Source: Octopus bimaculoides (taxonomy: Eukaryota). From it: a stretch of 64,000 nucleotides of DNA. Positions 62,523 to 64,000 of the stretch are shown here, in pieces. A program made the position numbers and the translations under genes. A model generated the notes under the pieces. The model was given only the letters and a program-made list of their open reading frames with translations, did no database searches and was not told the origin of the DNA. The stretch covers positions 9,222,995 to 9,286,994 of the forward strand of contig NC_068986.1 of assembly GCF_001194135.2 (NCBI RefSeq), in the 5' to 3' direction. The number at the start of each line of letters is the position of its first letter. The stretch's first letter is position 1.

Positions 62523-63895
62523 ATATCCACCGGGTCCTCCACCACCTCCACCTCCATAGCCACCGCCACCACCATATCCACCAGGCCCTCCGCCACCTCC
62601 ACCAGGTCCATAGTTCCCACTGGGTCCTCCACCTCCACCATATCCACCCCCTCCATAACCGCCGCCACCACCAGGTCCTCCACCCCCTCCATAACCACCC
62701 CCACCAGGTCCTCCTCCACCACCACCACCATAACCGCTACCTCCGAAATTTCCTGTGGAAACAAAGTAAAAATCATAGCTTCAACGACATGTAACATACA
62801 AAACATCCTAAGAAATTTGTCAAACGGAACTAAGTCAAAATTTAAGGACGATAAAGCTTGAAAACCATTTTAAAGCAGAGGATTTAAAATAATGAGCAAT
62901 TATTCCATGTCTAACAAAACAGTTTTACAAATCAAAAACAAAACAAAATCCACAATTGTCAATGATTTAGCAAATGCTTTTGTATTATGAGGGATAAAAA
63001 ATATGAAAGGGTAGTTTTTAACGTACCATAACCACCTCCAGCACCAAAGTTGTCTCTTCCAAAGCCTCTACCAAATCCAGGAGACCACTCACCATCAGAG
63101 CCACCTAGAATGAGAACACCAAAATCCCTCGCTCAACACTGAATCGCATACAATAATGTTCAGATATAAAACATGCATCAAAATAACTCATTATTACAGC
63201 TACCCCTAAATTATAAAATTACTGAAGCATACATCACTAGTTCTCATTGGACATTATTTCCTAACTTAGAAAAAAAAAGTATTTGAAATAAAACGAATAA
63301 ATAATTGGGCAGTAAAAGAGTCAACAACAGACTTTCAAGAATGGTTAAGTGCAATCACAAACCTACCTCTTCCACCCATACCACCTCTCATGGGGCCAGG
63401 ACCGTCATTGCCACCTCGTCCACCTCGAGGACCTGCACAATAGAATTTACAATTTGAGGTACACAATTTAGCTCCCTCACTAAAACCATCTCCCCCATCC
63501 ATAATCAATTTACAGAAATTCAAATTCATGCAAATAAGGACATCATTATGTATTTGGACAATACAGTCGTCGGAATATCCAGTCTACTAATATACTAACA
63601 AAACCCTATTGTTGTTGTTGTTGTTGCTACTATTTCATTGCATTTCAGCAACTCTATCGAACATTCATTGCATTTCACACTAACTCTACCAAACGGGAAG
63701 TAATGACTACCAAACTAAATATCAAACTAAAACCAGTTTTTTCAGAAAAGAAAGGGTCAGACTTACCTCCACTGCCGCCGCCGCCACCACCACCATAGCC
63801 AGGTCCACCACCCATTCTGCTATTGTTTATTTCAGAGCGAGACAGAGCCTTCTTCACTTCAATTTGCTTTCCATTTAAAGTCAAGTACTTTTTCA
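62523..63895 (-). CDS. HNRNPA1-like: hnRNP A/B family protein, paralog 3 (3' part; 5' exons beyond window, final codons in gap)
   Basis: Minus-strand exons 63767-63895 (KKYLTLNGKQIEVKKALSRSE, RRM2 end), 63367-63432 (GPRGGRGG...GPMRGG), 63027-63104, 62523-62752 (GGPGGY repeats into Ns); GT-AG sites; the first three are phase 1-1 and the fourth has a phase-1 acceptor; same RRM2-end boundary as genes 1 and 2. Confidence 0.92.
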
Positions 63896-64000
63896 CTGAA
63901 AATATATTACATACATACACACATAAGACATTAAATAGTGATGGCACACACAAATAGGAGGAGAGTGTTTAATCAGAGAACCTTTTCCCAATTTCCATCT

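Noticed and set aside
61502-62806. Long His/Leu-rich (+) and Val-rich (-) ORFs of 349-433 aa
   Set aside because: Mostly N gap; the rest are antisense or off-frame shadows of the Gly-rich gene 3 exon.

Overview
AT-rich (eukaryotic) genomic DNA with five assembly gaps. The repeat content (tRNA-derived SINEs, RTE-LINE tails ending in (ATG)n, TTAA-flanked piggyBac MITEs, mariner fossils) looks like an Octopus-type cephalopod genome; this is recognised from memory, not searched. The window holds a cluster of three hnRNP A/B-family (A1/A2B1/A3-like) genes. Gene 1: + strand, 11 coding exons, 3749-17563, 334 aa, with an M9/PY-NLS. Gene 2: + strand, 10 coding exons, 20368-30574, 337 aa, no PY motif. 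Gene 3: - strand, 3' part only, 62523-63895, running off the window and into a gap. Genes 1 and 2 share RRM exon boundaries and an identical ATGCCTGAG first coding exon. All three show a 5' splice site just after the actual or inferred stop. Their Gly-rich low-complexity domains differ strongly: PrP-like GGWNQ in gene 1, GPM/His-rich in gene 2, GPGGY-rich in gene 3. Best second-look items: the paralog cluster itself, a candidate poison exon in gene 1, an alternative N-terminal exon in gene 2, non-coding exons downstream of gene 3, and a ~295-bp-period element carrying a minimal hammerhead ribozyme (retrozyme-like) at 45992-46356. All exon calls come from reading splice signals and frames by hand.
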